From the NCBI RefSeq assembly GCF_006345805.1, contig NC_043017.1:10044001-10108000 (forward strand): a stretch of DNA of 64,000 nucleotides. The letters run 5' to 3'. Position numbers and translations under genes: made by a program. The notes below the pieces were generated by a model. That model was given only the letters and a program-made list of their open reading frames with translations. It was not told the DNA's origin and did no database searches. Source of the DNA: Octopus sinensis. Taxonomy: Eukaryota. Positions 47,801-60,920 of this stretch are shown one piece after another. How positions within the stretch are numbered: position 1 is the stretch's first letter; every line of letters starts with the position of its first letter.

Positions 47801-50800
47801 CATTAAACTGCAAGCTTTTTTCGCTGGACTGACTCCTGTGCAAGTGGCACATAAAAAACACCATTTGAGCGTGGACGTTGCCAGTACTACCTGACTGGCC
47901 CTCATGCCGGTGGCATGTAAAAGCACCAACTACACTCTTGGAGTGGTTGGCATTAGGAAGGGCATCCAGCTGTAGAAACTCTGCCAGATCAGATTGGAGC
48001 CTGGTGCAACCATTAAACGATGATGATCCCTTCATAGGGAAATCAGTTGAAACACACATATCTGCTGAGTCACCAGAAATGATTACAAGTGTATTCTTTA
48101 ATACACTGTAACTGAAAGGCTCTGATTTCCCAGGCTTAGATTCACTCAGTTCTGATCATCAATCATCGGGATCGAGCAACTCAGAGTACGGGAAAGCACA
48201 GTTTGACGGGGGTTGGCAAACCAGAGAGATGCACCAGGTTTCAGTCACCATGTATATTTCAAAGGGTTTTGTTAGATGACAGTTAAAAAAATATTGTCTT
48301 TTAAAAGGTTATTAACTCAACAAAATTATTGAGACAACAAATTGTAACCATCCATTGGGGAAGATGTTTTCATGTTGAGGAGTATTTTAAGACAATTTCT
48401 TCCACAAATGTTTGTGACATTCTGTTCTCTAAATATTTTTTAAATAGTTAATAACATTTAAAAAAAAATTCTTTCTTTAAATATGTAATAGAACAATCAG
48501 ATATTTAATAAACGAGTGGAATTAAACGAGTGTGTGTTAATTATATTAACATGATGACTCTCCTTAGACACAATAAAATTTGTTTCAACACACAAATTCA
48601 CATAAAGAATCTTGCAAACCAGACCCCAAAACAAAGTACTCACACACACACAAGTGTATGTGCATATGCACACATATATGTGTGTGTCTATGTATTATTA
48701 ACGGACACAGAGCTCTGCATCTTTGAATGAGAATCTTAACAATAGGCGTAACATGATAATGATAATGGTGATGTTGCCGATGGTGATGATAGTTGTTGTT
48801 ATGATGATGATGATTATGTTTACAAGAGATATTTTATATAACAACAAACCAACAAACAAAGTCAGATGATAGATAAGAAGAGCCAATGATGTAGGATGAC
48901 TTCAAGAACCACACCCTACCACCATCACCACCACCACCAAACACCCAAAACCTACCCCAGCTAGGACCCTAAATTAAGGAGGACAGTTGGTATATGTGGG
49001 GGAGGGGACAGTCATAAAACAGCTCTTTCTTTCTCTCCCTAAATGGGTCACATACATTACAGGTCCCTATTTTGCCCTAGTTACCACCACCATCACCAAT
49101 AATAATAATTTCTTACATCATCCTAAGGTATTTTTACTAAATTTCATGTTACTACTACTACTAATGATAATAATAATAAAAATAATATATAATAGTTTCA
49201 CAGTTGAAATATGCCAGCACCCAAAATTCCCTACCAAAAGAAAGGGAATTTTTTTGTATTTCTCACACTAAATCCATCACTGCTACCACCACCACCACCA
49301 CCATCAGCTTTGTAATCTGTGGAAGCTGATACATAGAGGAAAGGAAGAGAGAGAGAGAGGGGGGGAGGGAGAGAAAGGGGGAGCTGGCTAGAGACAAGAA
49401 GAAAATTAGCTGAAGGGCAGCAGATATACCCCACCACTTGCTCAACCCTTCAAAACAAGTGAAGTTTCCCCCTCACATGATTAAGATAACTGTGCTCTCA
49501 CACACACACACACACAAACACATTCGTACATATATATATACACAAACATACACAGAAATACCTATGCACACACGCATACACACATGTGTGCATTTTATGT
49601 TTGTGTGTTTCACTTACACAAACATGTGTACTTTTAAAGGAAACATAAAGAAATTAAAGCTCACACATGTACACCACACCCTGCTGAAGTATTCTGTGGA
49701 CAGCATTAAATTTGGTGGAGCAAAACAGACTCCTTTTTTTGTCTTAGAAGTGAAGTGCCAGAGCCTAGAAACACACACCATTATGAGCAAGGAACCAGAG
49801 GGAGACTAAGCTGCAAAGGCATTTAGCGAAATATTTGACTAGTGCCCCAGCATGGCCAAAACATTAATGTTTTCAAGAACTGGAGAACATAAAAATAATA
49901 ATAATAATATTTCTTTACTACCCACAAGGGGCTAAACACAGAGGGGACAAACAAGGACAGACAAAGGGATTAAGTCGATTACATCGACCCCAGTGTGTAA
50001 CTGGTACTTAATTTATCGACCCTGAAAGGATGAAAGGCAAAGTCGACCTGGGCGGAATTTGAACCCAGAACGTAACGGCAGACGAAATACGGCTACGCAT
50101 TTCGCCCGGCGTGCTAACATTTCTGCCAGCTCGCCACCTTTATAATAATAATGATAATCCTTTCTACTAAAGGTACAAGGCCTAAAATTTGTGGAAGTGG
50201 GGATAGTTGATTACATCGACCCCCAGCACTTGACTGGTACTTAATTTATTGACCCTGAAAGAATGAAAGGTAAAGTCATCCTCAGGGGAATTTGAACTCA
50301 GAACGTAACAACAGAGGAAATACCACTAAGTATTTTGTCCAGTGTGCTAACAATTCCGCCAGCTTGCTGCCTTAATAATAACTATAATAATAATAATAAC
50401 AATAATAGTTAATCCTTCCTGCTATAGACACAAGGCCTGAAATTTGAGGGTCAGGGACCAGTTGATTACATTAATTCCAGTGTGTAACTGGTACTTAATC
50501 TATCGACCCCCCAAAAGGATGAAATGCAAAGGTGACCTCAGTGGAATTTGAACTCAGAAAGACAGACAAAACGCTGCTAAGCACTTTGTTCAGCGTGCTA
50601 ACAATCCAGGCAGCTGGCCCCTTTGAGTAACTGCTGTCGCAGTAGTTGTAGGGGCAGTTGGAGTAATAACAAACCAAATTTGAGAAATATTTCAGAGAAA
50701 TGAGAATTGATATGAGGGCAGAGCAGGTCCCCAAAATTGTTCTACTGGGGACAGCTAGGATTTTGAAGTTGGTGCTTGGGTGTTGAGCATCTTCCATGAT

Positions 50801-52616
50801 AATTAATATTCAAGTACGAAGTCTTATAGCTGGCAGAAAGAGACCCTGAGAGACTTCTGACAACAGGTTGCTGTCTGCTCCCACAGAATCAACCAGAGCA
50901 AGCAAGACCAAGAGTTCTGAGAAGAAAAAAAAAATAATAATAATAATTATCTCTTTGTGTGGTCTTCAGGGCGAAAGACATTTTGAGGACAGTTGATATC
51001 TCTGGTAGTCTTGCTACACCCTCTTCCCTGATTACATCCCTGCCCAACCCTATTCGGGGGGGGGGGACAGAGATTGCTGTCCTCAAATGTGAACCCTGTG
51101 GTACATCTCCCTTGTTATCCCCCAGCCCCTCCAGGCAATGTCTTTCCCATTTTGTCTGCTGGTGCCATGAGAAATGTTTCAATTTACATATAATCACCAA
51201 TGTCTATCTTTTCCTTTCATTTTTTATTCTTTACAAATATTTTCTCTCTTTCTCTCTCTCATTGCAAGTTTATATTTTTATTCAATGTAAAGCCAGTTGC
51301 AGTAATGCTTGGGACCTAGCTCCACTGAGTGATGGTAGGAAGTAGGGGATAGAAACCAACACACACCTCCCCATCTTCAACTGTGATTTAGGGAGAACAC
51401 TAACCCCCCCCACACACACACACACACATCTACACAGTCCCACTCTAGGCTGTCATCCACTATTGGGTCAGAAGAGGGGGAAGGCAGCAGCGGTGATGCA
51501 GAGAAAAGCAAGCAAGAAAAGGGTCACAGAACGGCCACACTACCACCACCCTCCCCTATGCCACAGTTTCATACCAACTTCCTCTTTTACTGTCTCCCCT
51601 TCCTGTTACATGATCTTTCACTGCCCCTCCTCCTCCCCTTCACTCATTGATACATTTATTATCTCTCACACTACCACCACCCAAAACAAGTCGTTCTGGA
51701 AAGCCCAGGGGCACCGAGGAAACCACTTTGCAATCATTCAAACTGCTAGAAATAGAAGTTAAATCTTCCTAAAATTACACAGACAGTCTTTCCTTTCCCT
51801 TTTTTCTTCTTTAACCTTTTTGTAAGCATATTCTTGTTGAAATATATTCTCTTGATGTCAATTAAGTTTGAAAATAATGAAGACTGTAGTAAAATAGCTT
51901 TGACCTCATTAAACAGATGTTTGGAAACGAAATATGAAATTTTAATGGGAAATGTGAATTTTGATCACAAACAGGAATTAGGGGCTGTTAAACCACAGAC
52001 ACTAGACAATGTAGTCCGGGATAGATTGTACCTAACAAATAAATAAATGACCTGCAGGATCACAGATCTGTTGAAGACCTTGACTTGAAGAGCTTTCAAA
52101 GAGGTTCTTGTTTTTGAATTAAGGTGTAGTCTTAATATTAATGATTCTAAAGGTAGAAGCAACAATACCCGCCACCACCCACAGATGGGCTGTGACAATA
52201 TTTTCGCAGGGGTGTAAGGATGTAACAAGCGAATAACACTTGCAATAAGCAAGAATTTCTTCCCCATGGTAACTGCAGGGAATTTGCCTTTAGACATTAT
52301 AAATTCTGACCAACCTAAAGTTTGTTTGTTTGTTCAACACTGTTTAGTGGTGCTATTTCTACACACACACACACATACATACACAGTCTAAGCATCCATA
52401 AATTAGAAGAAAACGCACTTATATCTATTTGCCCATGGAGTCATCATCATCATCATCGTTTAGCGTCTGTTTTCCATGCTAGCATGGGTTGGACGGGTAT
52501 ATTAATTGAAATGTAAAGTATTATACACCCATTATGGCCAATCCCCGTTGAATCCCTATGTGAAACTGACCAGTAAGACTGGCTGCAATGGACATATACT
52601 GTACACCTCAATATGG

Positions 52617-52647
<31 letters not shown>

Positions 52648-53032
52648 TTAATTACATTTGAACTCAGTAGAGCCTTCCATGCTGGACAAGTCAAAGGACA
52701 GTGGCCAGATTAATAAGGACCACCGCTTTGCAGAAGTAGAGAATGGGTTTGAGAAGGGCCAAGAGCCCCGACTAGAGAAAAAAGTTTGAGAAGCACCTGT
52801 GACAGCCCAAAACCAATAAAACCTAAGTCCAGAGTTCAGAGTAGGGGAGAGAGGTGGTCGATGGTCAGAGAGAGACCAATAGATCAATGTTGATAGGATA
52901 ACTAAGGATATACTAAGCTTTCTATTTTTTAAGCTCAGAGGGTTTATCTGGTTGCTATTTCTAGCAAGTTGAGCAACCACACAAGTAGCCCAGGTCTCCT
53001 AAGCCGAAATTGTTCTGTTTCCAACATTGGAG

Positions 53033-53067
<35 letters not shown>

Positions 53068-56000
53068 GTGCCTACCTGTGTGCCTGCACTAAGACTTGTT
53101 CAGGTATGTCTGGCTTTCAGTCTATTCCACACAAACAGGATGAGGGAGGAAAGGAGAGAGAGACAGAGGATAGAAGGAAGAAAAGGAGAGGGGAGAGCGT
53201 GAGTGAATGAGAGACAAAGAAACTAGAAAGGAAGAGAAAGAATAGAGGGAAAAAAAAGATGAGAGAGAGGGAGAGAGATTAATGGAAATATATCTACACA
53301 TAATAAATAGTCAGAGAACTAATGACATCACAACTGTGTGGTATGTGGTTGTGTGTGGGTGGAATGCGTGGAGACCAGTTCAGTTGTTTTGCAAAAAGTA
53401 TAAATAGCTGTAATGAACAAAGAGGTGAAAAGCACACACACACACACACTAAATAATAATAATAACTGATAATAATAATTATAATATTAATAAGCTTATT
53501 GTATGCAGCGTTCAGGTGCACCACAACTCCTGGGGGAAAGGATTAAAGAAGTGACAGAAAACAGTAATGATAGCCATGCCTATCTCACAGGGCAAAAATA
53601 TACAAGACCACCAGAGGAAAGGGTTGCAGAGACATGTCTGGAGTAGTTGGTGGAATTTTGAATTTCTGGGGATCTCTGAGAAGGAATAATTTGGGTTTTT
53701 TTTTTGTCTGTAGCCTTCATTTGCCAGTAGCAGACACATTATCTCTATGTGTGTTAGTTTGCATGCATATATATATACATATTAGTTAAATAAGATTCTA
53801 CAAAACTTTGCAGAATGCTATGCAAAGCTTGTCTCCAGTTATTGGCTACCTGATGTTATCATACCGTGGAAATGCTCCTGCTCCTGGATATATACATCAG
53901 ACCTGCGTCGCCTTACTGGCACATGAAAAAACATTCGAGCAATGTCGTTGCTAGTGCCGCTGGACTGGCTCCTGTGCAGGTGGCCCATAAAAAAAAAAAA
54001 ACACCATTTGAGAGTGGCTGTTGCCAGTACTGCCTGACTGGCCCTTGTGCTGGTGGCACGTAAAAGCACCCACTACATTCTCAGAGTGGTTGGCGTTAGG
54101 AAGGGCATCAAGCTGTAGAAACCCTGCCAGATCAGATTGGAGCCTGGTGCAGCCATCTGGTTCGCCAGTCCTCAGTCAAATCGTCCAACCCATGCTAGCA
54201 TGGAAAGTGGAAGTTAAATGATGATGATGATGATGGATTATATAGAATCTGTAGAGTTTATATAAATGATAAAAAACGGAATGAATGACATTCTTTATAG
54301 TCACAGACACACAACCGTTTTATTTGTTTCAGTCACTGGATGGCAGCCATGCTGAGGCACTGCCTTGGTGAGTTTAGTCACATAAATCAAGCCCAGTACA
54401 TATTTTGTTAAGTTTGATATTCATTGTAACAGTCTCTTTGCAGAACTGCTAAGTCATGGATGAAGGCATAGAGAAACCAAAACCAGGTTTTTCAATGGTG
54501 GGAGGGCAAATACAATTACACACACAGACACTACACACATATACATACAAGACAAGCCTCAACAGTCTTGGTCTACAAAACTTACTCACAGGGCATTACA
54601 CACAAACATCTGCATATATTTAAAAACACAGGCACGTATACTCACACACATATACACACAAACATACATATCCATGTGTGCACACAAGCACACCCACAAA
54701 CCACAAGAGAAAAACCACCAAGCTAGCTTATCAGTGAAATGGCAGGCCCTAAAACATGGAGTCTGACAGATGGGTTCAGTCAGTCTCTGGAATCCTGGAA
54801 CACAGTTGCTATTCATAAGAGATAAATCTGCCCCAGTCTTACGATAACCATATGGTATGGCTGTGTGGTTTGCAACTACATGGGTCTCAGGTTCAGTCCT
54901 TCTGCATGGCATCTTAGACATCTACTATAGTCCCAGGCTGACCAAAGCCTTGTCAGTGGATTTGGTAGACAGAAACTGAAAGAAGCCCGTTGTATATATG
55001 TATATGTATGTGTGTATGTGTATATATTTGTGTCTCTGTGTTTGTCCCACCAACATCACTTAACAACCGATGCTGGTGTGTTTACATCCTCATAGCTTAG
55101 CGGTTCGGCAAACGAGACCAATAGATTAAGTACTAGGCTTACAAAGAATAAGTCCTGGGATCGATTTGCTCGACTAAAGGTGGTGCTCCAGCATGGCTGC
55201 AGTCAAATGACTGAAACAAGTAAAAGAGTAAAAAGTATATACACACACACACACATATATATATATATATTCTCACACACACACACACACACACACACAG
55301 AGTGGCTCAGGGTAGTCTACCTGGCTGACTCCTGTCAAACCGTCCAACCCGTGCCAATATGGAAGGTGGACGTTAAATGATAATGATAATGATGATGATG
55401 ATATATACATTCATTTACCTGTCTTTGTTTATCACCCACCACTTAACAACTGGTATTAGTGTGATTACATTCCCCATAACTTAGCAGTTTGGCAAAAGAG
55501 ACCAATAGCATATGTAACCAGACTAAAACGCAAAAAAAAAAAAGAAAAAAAGTGGTGGAATCGATTTGTTCAACTAAACCTCTTCAGGGCAGTGCCCCAG
55601 CATGGCCACAGTCAAATGAGTGAAACAAGTAAAAGACAGGATGAAAAAATTTGTTTTGTAATGTAGTGGACGGCAGGTAAGACCCTGTTTACAAAGGTTT
55701 ATAAGCAAACAGCAGTAGGTAACGGTTTCTTGTTTTTATTTGGTAGCCTTTTGCCCGCAGCGGCCTGCTTAAGTTACAGTCACCATTGACACGATCTGAG
55801 AAATAGCCGCCATCTGTTACTCGTTAGCTTAATTATTCAGCTGACCCTGTGTGACCTCACAGATGGCAACTAAGTAGAAAAGAGAGAAGATAAACACACA
55901 CATATATATATATATATATATATGTAATTAGTTTTACAAGCTGAAAGTTGTTGAATAAGCTGACTTACATGGTAACCAGACAGCTGCATGACAACAGCAT

Positions 56001-59000
56001 GGAGTGTAAACCTTTACTTGTTTGTTATTGGACTGGAACCATGCTGGAGCACTGCTATGGAGGATTTAGTTGATCAAATTGACCCCCATACACATACACC
56101 GCCAGTACTTACTTCATTGCTGTCTTTTGCCAAATTACTAAGTCAAGGTGACAGAAACAAACTATCATTGTTGTCAAGAGGGGAACTGACATGGAGACAC
56201 ACACACACACACAGAGAAAGCTATAGGATGATGCACAAATACTCTGCTCTGAGCGCACTGCAGCTTGTAGCAGAAACAGCTGTCAGCTAATGAAGTTGAC
56301 TATGTAATTTCTTCCCCTTGTCATTTCTTTAATTATGATACTGATGGTGTCAGTGCCATGTAAGAAGTTTTTCTTGGCCATAAAAGAACTGAGAAGGCTG
56401 GGCCTCCAACCAAGTCCTTTGCCATATCCTTAAAATCAGAAATTTTTCAGCGCCCCCTCATATATGCTCTCTCTCTCTCTCACACGACAGCTTTGTTTTA
56501 ATTTCCATCTCCTAAATCCACCTAAAAGGCTTTGGTTGGCCCAGGGCTAAATTAGAAGGCACTTTGCCCAAGGTGTCACATAGAGGAACTGAACTCAAAA
56601 AAAAGGGACATGGTTGGCAAATGAACATTTTAACCACAATCATACCTGTACATGTAATATGAACAAAAAAAATGCTGCAGTTTTAAAAATATCTGAATTA
56701 TATCCAGGGAGAAAGAAATTGCAAAATAGAGCAAACAGGTAATTCAGACAAGGTACTCTTAACATTTGATGTGCTTTTAAGGAAAACTGTGGAAAATTAA
56801 GGTGTAACGACAATGACTAAGAATACGACTGCGACCAATTAACCCAGAAACATCTAGAAGTCATGACAGTAAATTGATAGCAGTCACTGATGTGTTTATT
56901 AGATATTAATTTTAAAAGACACTAAACTAAGCACCTAAGTTTCCAGTTATCTGTGATTCTCTCTTGCAGAACAAATTTCATATTAACCCTTTCGCTACTG
57001 TATTTATTTTGGGATGCTATGTGTTTCTTTCAAATACTTTTAAATATAACAAAGAATTTAGAAAAATGACTTAGTTATCATTAAGCTAGTGTTAGGGACA
57101 TAGATTATGACTAAGGTTTGGTGAAAGATTTCTATTCAGAACTTTTGAAAACAAGACATTTGTACTCAGAGCCAGAGCCGGTTTCAGCCAGGTTGGTAAC
57201 GAAAGGATTAAAGAGGACGACTTGAAGAAGGTACCACAGCCACTAAGGACAACACTAACAAGTCTTCAAATATACATACAGCTATGCAGACGTGGCTGTG
57301 TGGTAAGAAGTTTGCTTCCAACCACAAGCTTTTGGATTCAGTCCCACTGCATTGCACTTGGCAAGTGCTTTCCACTGTAGCCCCCAAGCCAACCAAGGCC
57401 TTGTGAGTGGATTTGATAGATGGAAACCGAAAGAATCCCCCTGTGTGTGTCTGTATGTGTTACTGTCTTTTTGCCTTGACATCACATGATAGCTGTAAAA
57501 GAATGCCTTCTTTTATGCAGTCTTTTTTTGAAAAAATATCTGGCCAAGGAGAAATATTACCTTGCTTGGAAACAGGCAAGGGTTGGTGACAGGAAGGCCA
57601 TCCGGACATAGAAAATCTGCCTCAACAAATTCCACTTGACCCAGGCAAGGATGGAAAAGGGGATGTTAAAACAATGGATATGAAGAGCAGGTTTGCACAG
57701 ATACAGATGCAATGTTTACATCAAAGTTGGCCATCAAATCTGTAAACATGTTCTGTAGTACATTAACGAGCATTAACGAGTTAGTCTTAATGTGGGTGGA
57801 TGCTGTTACAAGACAAGAAGAGAGAAGAACAAGCTTATTTCAGTTTCCATCAGTGAACTTCAATTACAAGGTTTTGATCAGCCTGAGGCTATAGTAGAAG
57901 ATATGTCCAAAATGCCATGCAGTGGGATTGAACCTGGAACCATGTGGTTGTGAAGCAAGCTTCTTAGCACACACCTCATTCGCAAATAGCTTAATGAAAT
58001 GGAATCTCAATAACCAAATCTCTCTGTCATTAAATCAGAAGATCAAACACAACACAATCTGAACCAAGAGCATATCAGGACGGAAGTAAATACTACAAGG
58101 CATCTGCATCTACAGGCATTCGAACATTCAATTGCCTGAGTAATAATAGTAATACTAGCAGCAGCAGTAACAATAACAACAATAATGTTTCTCTTCCTTA
58201 CAAGAGCGATGGATGAGGGGGGACATTATATTGGAAGATAAAGGCGGCGAGATGGCAGAAACGTTAGCGCCTCGGGCGAAATGCTTAGCGGTATTTCGTC
58301 TGCCGCTACATTCTGAGTTCAAATTCCTCCGAGGTCGACTTTGCCTTTCATCCTTTCGGGGCCGATAAATAAAGTACCAGTTACTCACTGGGGTCGATGT
58401 CATCGACTTAATCCCTTTGTCTGTCCTTGTTTGTCTCCTCTATGTTTAGCCCCTTGTGGGCAATAAAGAAATAATTATATTGGAAGATAACAAGCGGGTG
58501 TGTGTATTGTGAGAGGAGGGGTTTACATGAAAAGCGAAAAAAAAACCCAAAAAACAAACGTATTAATAACCACAGCAACAACAATGATATCTAACTTAAT
58601 GGACAATCCTGTTATTCGTCACATGGGTATTGTAAAAAGAAAATGAAATTACCAAGAAAAGCAGACACACACATACAAAAACAAATTATTTTTGTTGGGA
58701 CAGGGGTTGCGGGAGGGAGGTCGCCCCTGTCTGGGTTCTTTTGTTTCCTTCTTTACTTTTTGTTTTAGTATATATTTAATCTCAAAAAGGGAAACGACGG
58801 CTCTAAAGAGAGAAAAAAAAGTATTTTTTCTTCAATTTTAAAAATGTTTGTTGCCCCCGCCGCATTTCCTTGACCGTTCATTTATTCTTTTGTTCACGAA
58901 TGAAGATCTTTATATTGACCATTTCGGCCTCCTTCAATACTTATTTCTTTACTACCCACAAGGGGCTAAACACAGAGAGGACGAACAAGGACAGACAAAC

Positions 59001-60510
59001 GGATTAAGTCGATCATATCGACCCCAGTGCGTAACTGGTACTTAATTTATCGACCCCGAAAGGATGAAAGGCAAAGTCGACCTCGGCGGAATTTGAACTC
59101 AGAACGTAACGGGCAGATCGTTTCCTTTCCACATGAAGAATGAGATTTTGAATTCGAGTAGCTATCCCCAAAGTCTACCCCAAATAAATAATACTCTGGG
59201 AATCCTTCGGTATTGGTACACGACATCATTCACCCATACAACCTACCAAAGTAGAAACAAGAGAAAATGAATTACGTCGTCTCTTCGAAAACTCCGTAAT
59301 TGCTGCTCACTAAAAAACGTAATTAAATGCTTTTGATCTCCGACCCACCCGAACTAAATAATCAAGACTTTCGTACGCTCTCCCCTCATATTTGTCTCAG
59401 ACACACAGTCACTGAGTCGACTTCGGAAGGATTCGAACTCAGAACGTAAAGGAACGAAACTATGTCTAACGTTCCCAACAAATGATACGACACTGGGTTT
59501 AATTATTGCAATGAAAGGAGTTAATTATTATGGAGCGAGGTAACAGTTACATACCGGTATCAGTAGTGGGTGGGGGGGAAGCCCCTACACCAAATTATGG
59601 GTAAACTGCGGCCCGCAGGACTTTCTTGATAGTACGCCGACGAAAAATTACCTTGAAATTTTTTTCAGTAGTGCGGCCCGCTTGATAATGCGTCATGTCT
59701 CATGCGGCCCATTTCTTGTAAGTTGCAAAAGCCTGTTCTAAGCGACCGCTTGACCACCTTGCTGGAAATAAAAGCCAATGCTCCCTTAAGTCTCACCATC
59801 ATAAACAATAAAGGACACACTGGATAATGCAGTGCTATATATACTCTTAAGACAGGATGGTCACGGCTTGACTGTCGTTAATCGTTAACAACAACACTTA
59901 AATTATATCCTTTTTTGTCTTGAAAAAGCAACGCGTCGGAAAATTATAATGTAGTCCGAGATACGCAATGTCCGAGAGAAATAGCGGGTGGTGGCCACGG
60001 TTGGAACGTCTTTGACCCAAAGGTATCCTAGGCCATAGGTACACAGATAGCCTGTGGTTAAACAACAGCAAAAAAACAACACAATAACGACTTCTAACAT
60101 ACGCAGAAGACCAGAGATTTTCGGTTCGGTCGAGTTACTCGAATTAGGACGGAATAAAAATGACAAGCGGGTCGACCTACGCAGGACTTGAACTCAAAAC
60201 ATGTGGCAATGAAATAACGACAACGACAACAACAATGATAATAATAGCAATGGGTGGGGGTAGGGGCACTCACCTGCGGGATAAAAACAAACGGGAAAAA
60301 TAGCTGGATCAGTCCGTAGATGAACATACTCCAAAGGTCGAACATCATCCATAGCGAAAATCCAGAGGAGAGGGAAACAGCGAAAATGAGAATGACGGTA
60401 ACCACTTGGAGGAAATAGGGGACCGGTATGTGGCCCAGCGGGGTTACCACCAACCCGGCCGAGTTCACAGTCAAATCCGTGTAGTTGGCGAAAGCCATCG
60501 GTGACTGCAT
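35675..60510 (-). CDS. Uncharacterised polytopic membrane protein, 6 coding exons, 317 aa, two internal repeats, weak TP53I11-like resemblance
   Basis: Six exons with canonical GT-AG sites, all phase 0, join into one open frame of alternating hydrophobic helices. Confidence 0.85.
36124..36449 (+). mobile_element. Head-to-head inverted tRNA-like repeat followed by a hammerhead core (Penelope-associated non-autonomous element candidate)
   Basis: 36124-36237 is the reverse complement of about 36240-36341; B-box-like GTTCGATTCC; CTGATGA-A-AGCTG...CAGCT-GAAA at 36368-36399. Confidence 0.65.
36505..36610 (+). mobile_element. Decayed V-domain-like SINE fragment
   Basis: GACTAGCGTCCGATCCAGGGG resembles the V-SINE core GACTGGCGTCCTGTCCAGGG. 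Confidence 0.35.
36631..36727 (-). pseudogene. Decayed partial duplicate of membrane-protein exon 5
   Basis: Translates SALMNWAIILEHASGFLITSDKCIQLYIRI versus exon 5 SALMSSAIISGRASNFLIASDKRVQLYTRV; gtaaga donor remnant; 5' part replaced by a SINE. Confidence 0.8.
37143..37289 (-). CDS. Membrane protein exon 5 (TSLPRLNVVHAHLYRLFGSALMSSAIISGRASNFLIASDKRVQLYTRVL)
   Basis: ccgcag acceptor, gtaagt donor, 49 codons; paralogous to exon 2. Confidence 0.88.
37784..38158 (+). mobile_element. SINE family A, full length
   Basis: GGCGCAGGAGTGGC head through AAACAAGTAAAAGAGTA tail. Confidence 0.85.
38481..38675 (-). CDS. Membrane protein exon 4 (HLYISVLLTVLWTLGNLIYC...GIMFYAYPVWLLRVQ)
   Basis: ttacag acceptor, gtaaaa donor, 65 codons. 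Confidence 0.88.
41114..41182 (-). CDS. Membrane protein exon 3 (GGAAALLAQGFAQFNKASRMTQE)
   Basis: pyrimidine tract plus tag acceptor, gtaagt donor, 23 codons. Confidence 0.8.
45021..45069 (-). ncRNA. Second, more decayed type I hammerhead in the adjacent tandem unit
   Basis: Minus strand: TTTGA-CTGAAGA-GGAG[ACAACTA]CCCC-GAAA-TGTTTGCA-TA|TTAG; one stem II mismatch, weak stem I. Confidence 0.55.
45343..45390 (-). ncRNA. Type I hammerhead ribozyme (complete fold)
   Basis: Minus strand: CTGTGA-CTGAAGA-GGAG[GTAATCA]CTCT-GAAA-TGCTTGTA-TC|TCACAG; stem I 6 bp, stem II 4 bp, short near-palindromic stem III, AUC triplet. Confidence 0.72.
46595..46978 (+). mobile_element. Non-autonomous Helitron, close relative of 22692-23069
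   Basis: TC...CTAG termini, A|T site; ends about 25 nt from the exon-2 donor of the membrane-protein gene. Confidence 0.85.
47004..47147 (-). CDS. Membrane protein exon 2 (VEVRVDGVHLFMVRAFGIMLLGSAYLWWNVRNSKDITVHTTLMWARVM)
   Basis: ttacag acceptor, gtaagt donor, 48 codons. Confidence 0.88.
49908..50615 (-). mobile_element. Three adjacent SINE family B copies
   Basis: Reverse-complement consensus separated by (AAT)n. Confidence 0.78.
50624..50948 (+). mobile_element. 3' end of an R4/Dong-like non-LTR retrotransposon (RLE-domain C-terminus, 3'UTR, (TAA)n tail)
   Basis: Frameshifted peptide VTAVAVVVGAVGVIT/KFEKYFREMRIDMRAEQVPKIVLLGTARILKLVLGC* matches the VxPxVxGAxG...LLGTARILRxVL pattern. Confidence 0.75.
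54855..55236 (+). mobile_element. SINE family A
   Basis: Same consensus. Confidence 0.8.
56987..57207. mobile_element. TTAA-flanked piggyBac-like MITE
   Basis: TTAA|CCCTTTCGCTAC ... GTAACGAAAGGA|TTAA. Confidence 0.65.
58242..58472 (+). mobile_element. SINE family B monomer; an inverted partner lies at about 58942-59110
   Basis: Full consensus from GGCGGCGAGATGGCAGAAACG to AATAAAGAAATA. Confidence 0.82.
59598..59735. mobile_element. hAT-like MITE fragment
   Basis: Three TGCGGCCC subterminal motifs; ends TTGCAAAAGCCTG. Confidence 0.4.
60274..60510 (-). CDS. Membrane protein exon 1 (MQSPMAFANYTD...GLIQLFFPFVFIPQ, 79 aa)
   Basis: ATG at 60510 (alternative Met 4 codons later), CAG|gtgagt donor, CpG-rich surroundings. 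Confidence 0.8.
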
Positions 60511-60677
60511 CTGTTTCCTTCTTACGTGTGTATTAAATGGATGTGCGCGTGTGTGTGCCGTATGTATGCGCGTGGGTATGTCTGTCTGTCTATCCGTCTA
60601 TCTATCTGTGTCAATGAGAGTTACAGGAACTTAAAAGGATGCTCATATACTACTCATATATACTGAGAAGGATTCTC

Positions 60678-60708
<31 letters not shown>

Positions 60709-60769
60709 TAATAAGAGTAAATAATTTCTATAATGGTTTTTAAAAATATATATATATATATATATAAAA

Positions 60770-60803
<34 letters not shown>

Positions 60804-60838
60804 ATAAGAGTAAATAATTTCTATAATGGTTTTTAAAA

Positions 60839-60869
<31 letters not shown>

Positions 60870-60920
60870 TAATAAGAGTAAATAATTTCTATAATGGTTT
60901 TTAAAAATATATATATATAT
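60678..60920. repeat. Three tandem AT-rich units upstream of the membrane-protein ATG
   Basis: ATAAGAGTAAATAATTTCTATAATGGTTTTTAAAAAT x3 separated by (AT)n. Confidence 0.88.

Noticed and set aside
55800-55870. Inverted GCCATCTGT / ACAGATGGC motifs (CTCF- or YY1-like)
   Set aside because: Only 9 bp and a partial motif match; cannot be distinguished from chance
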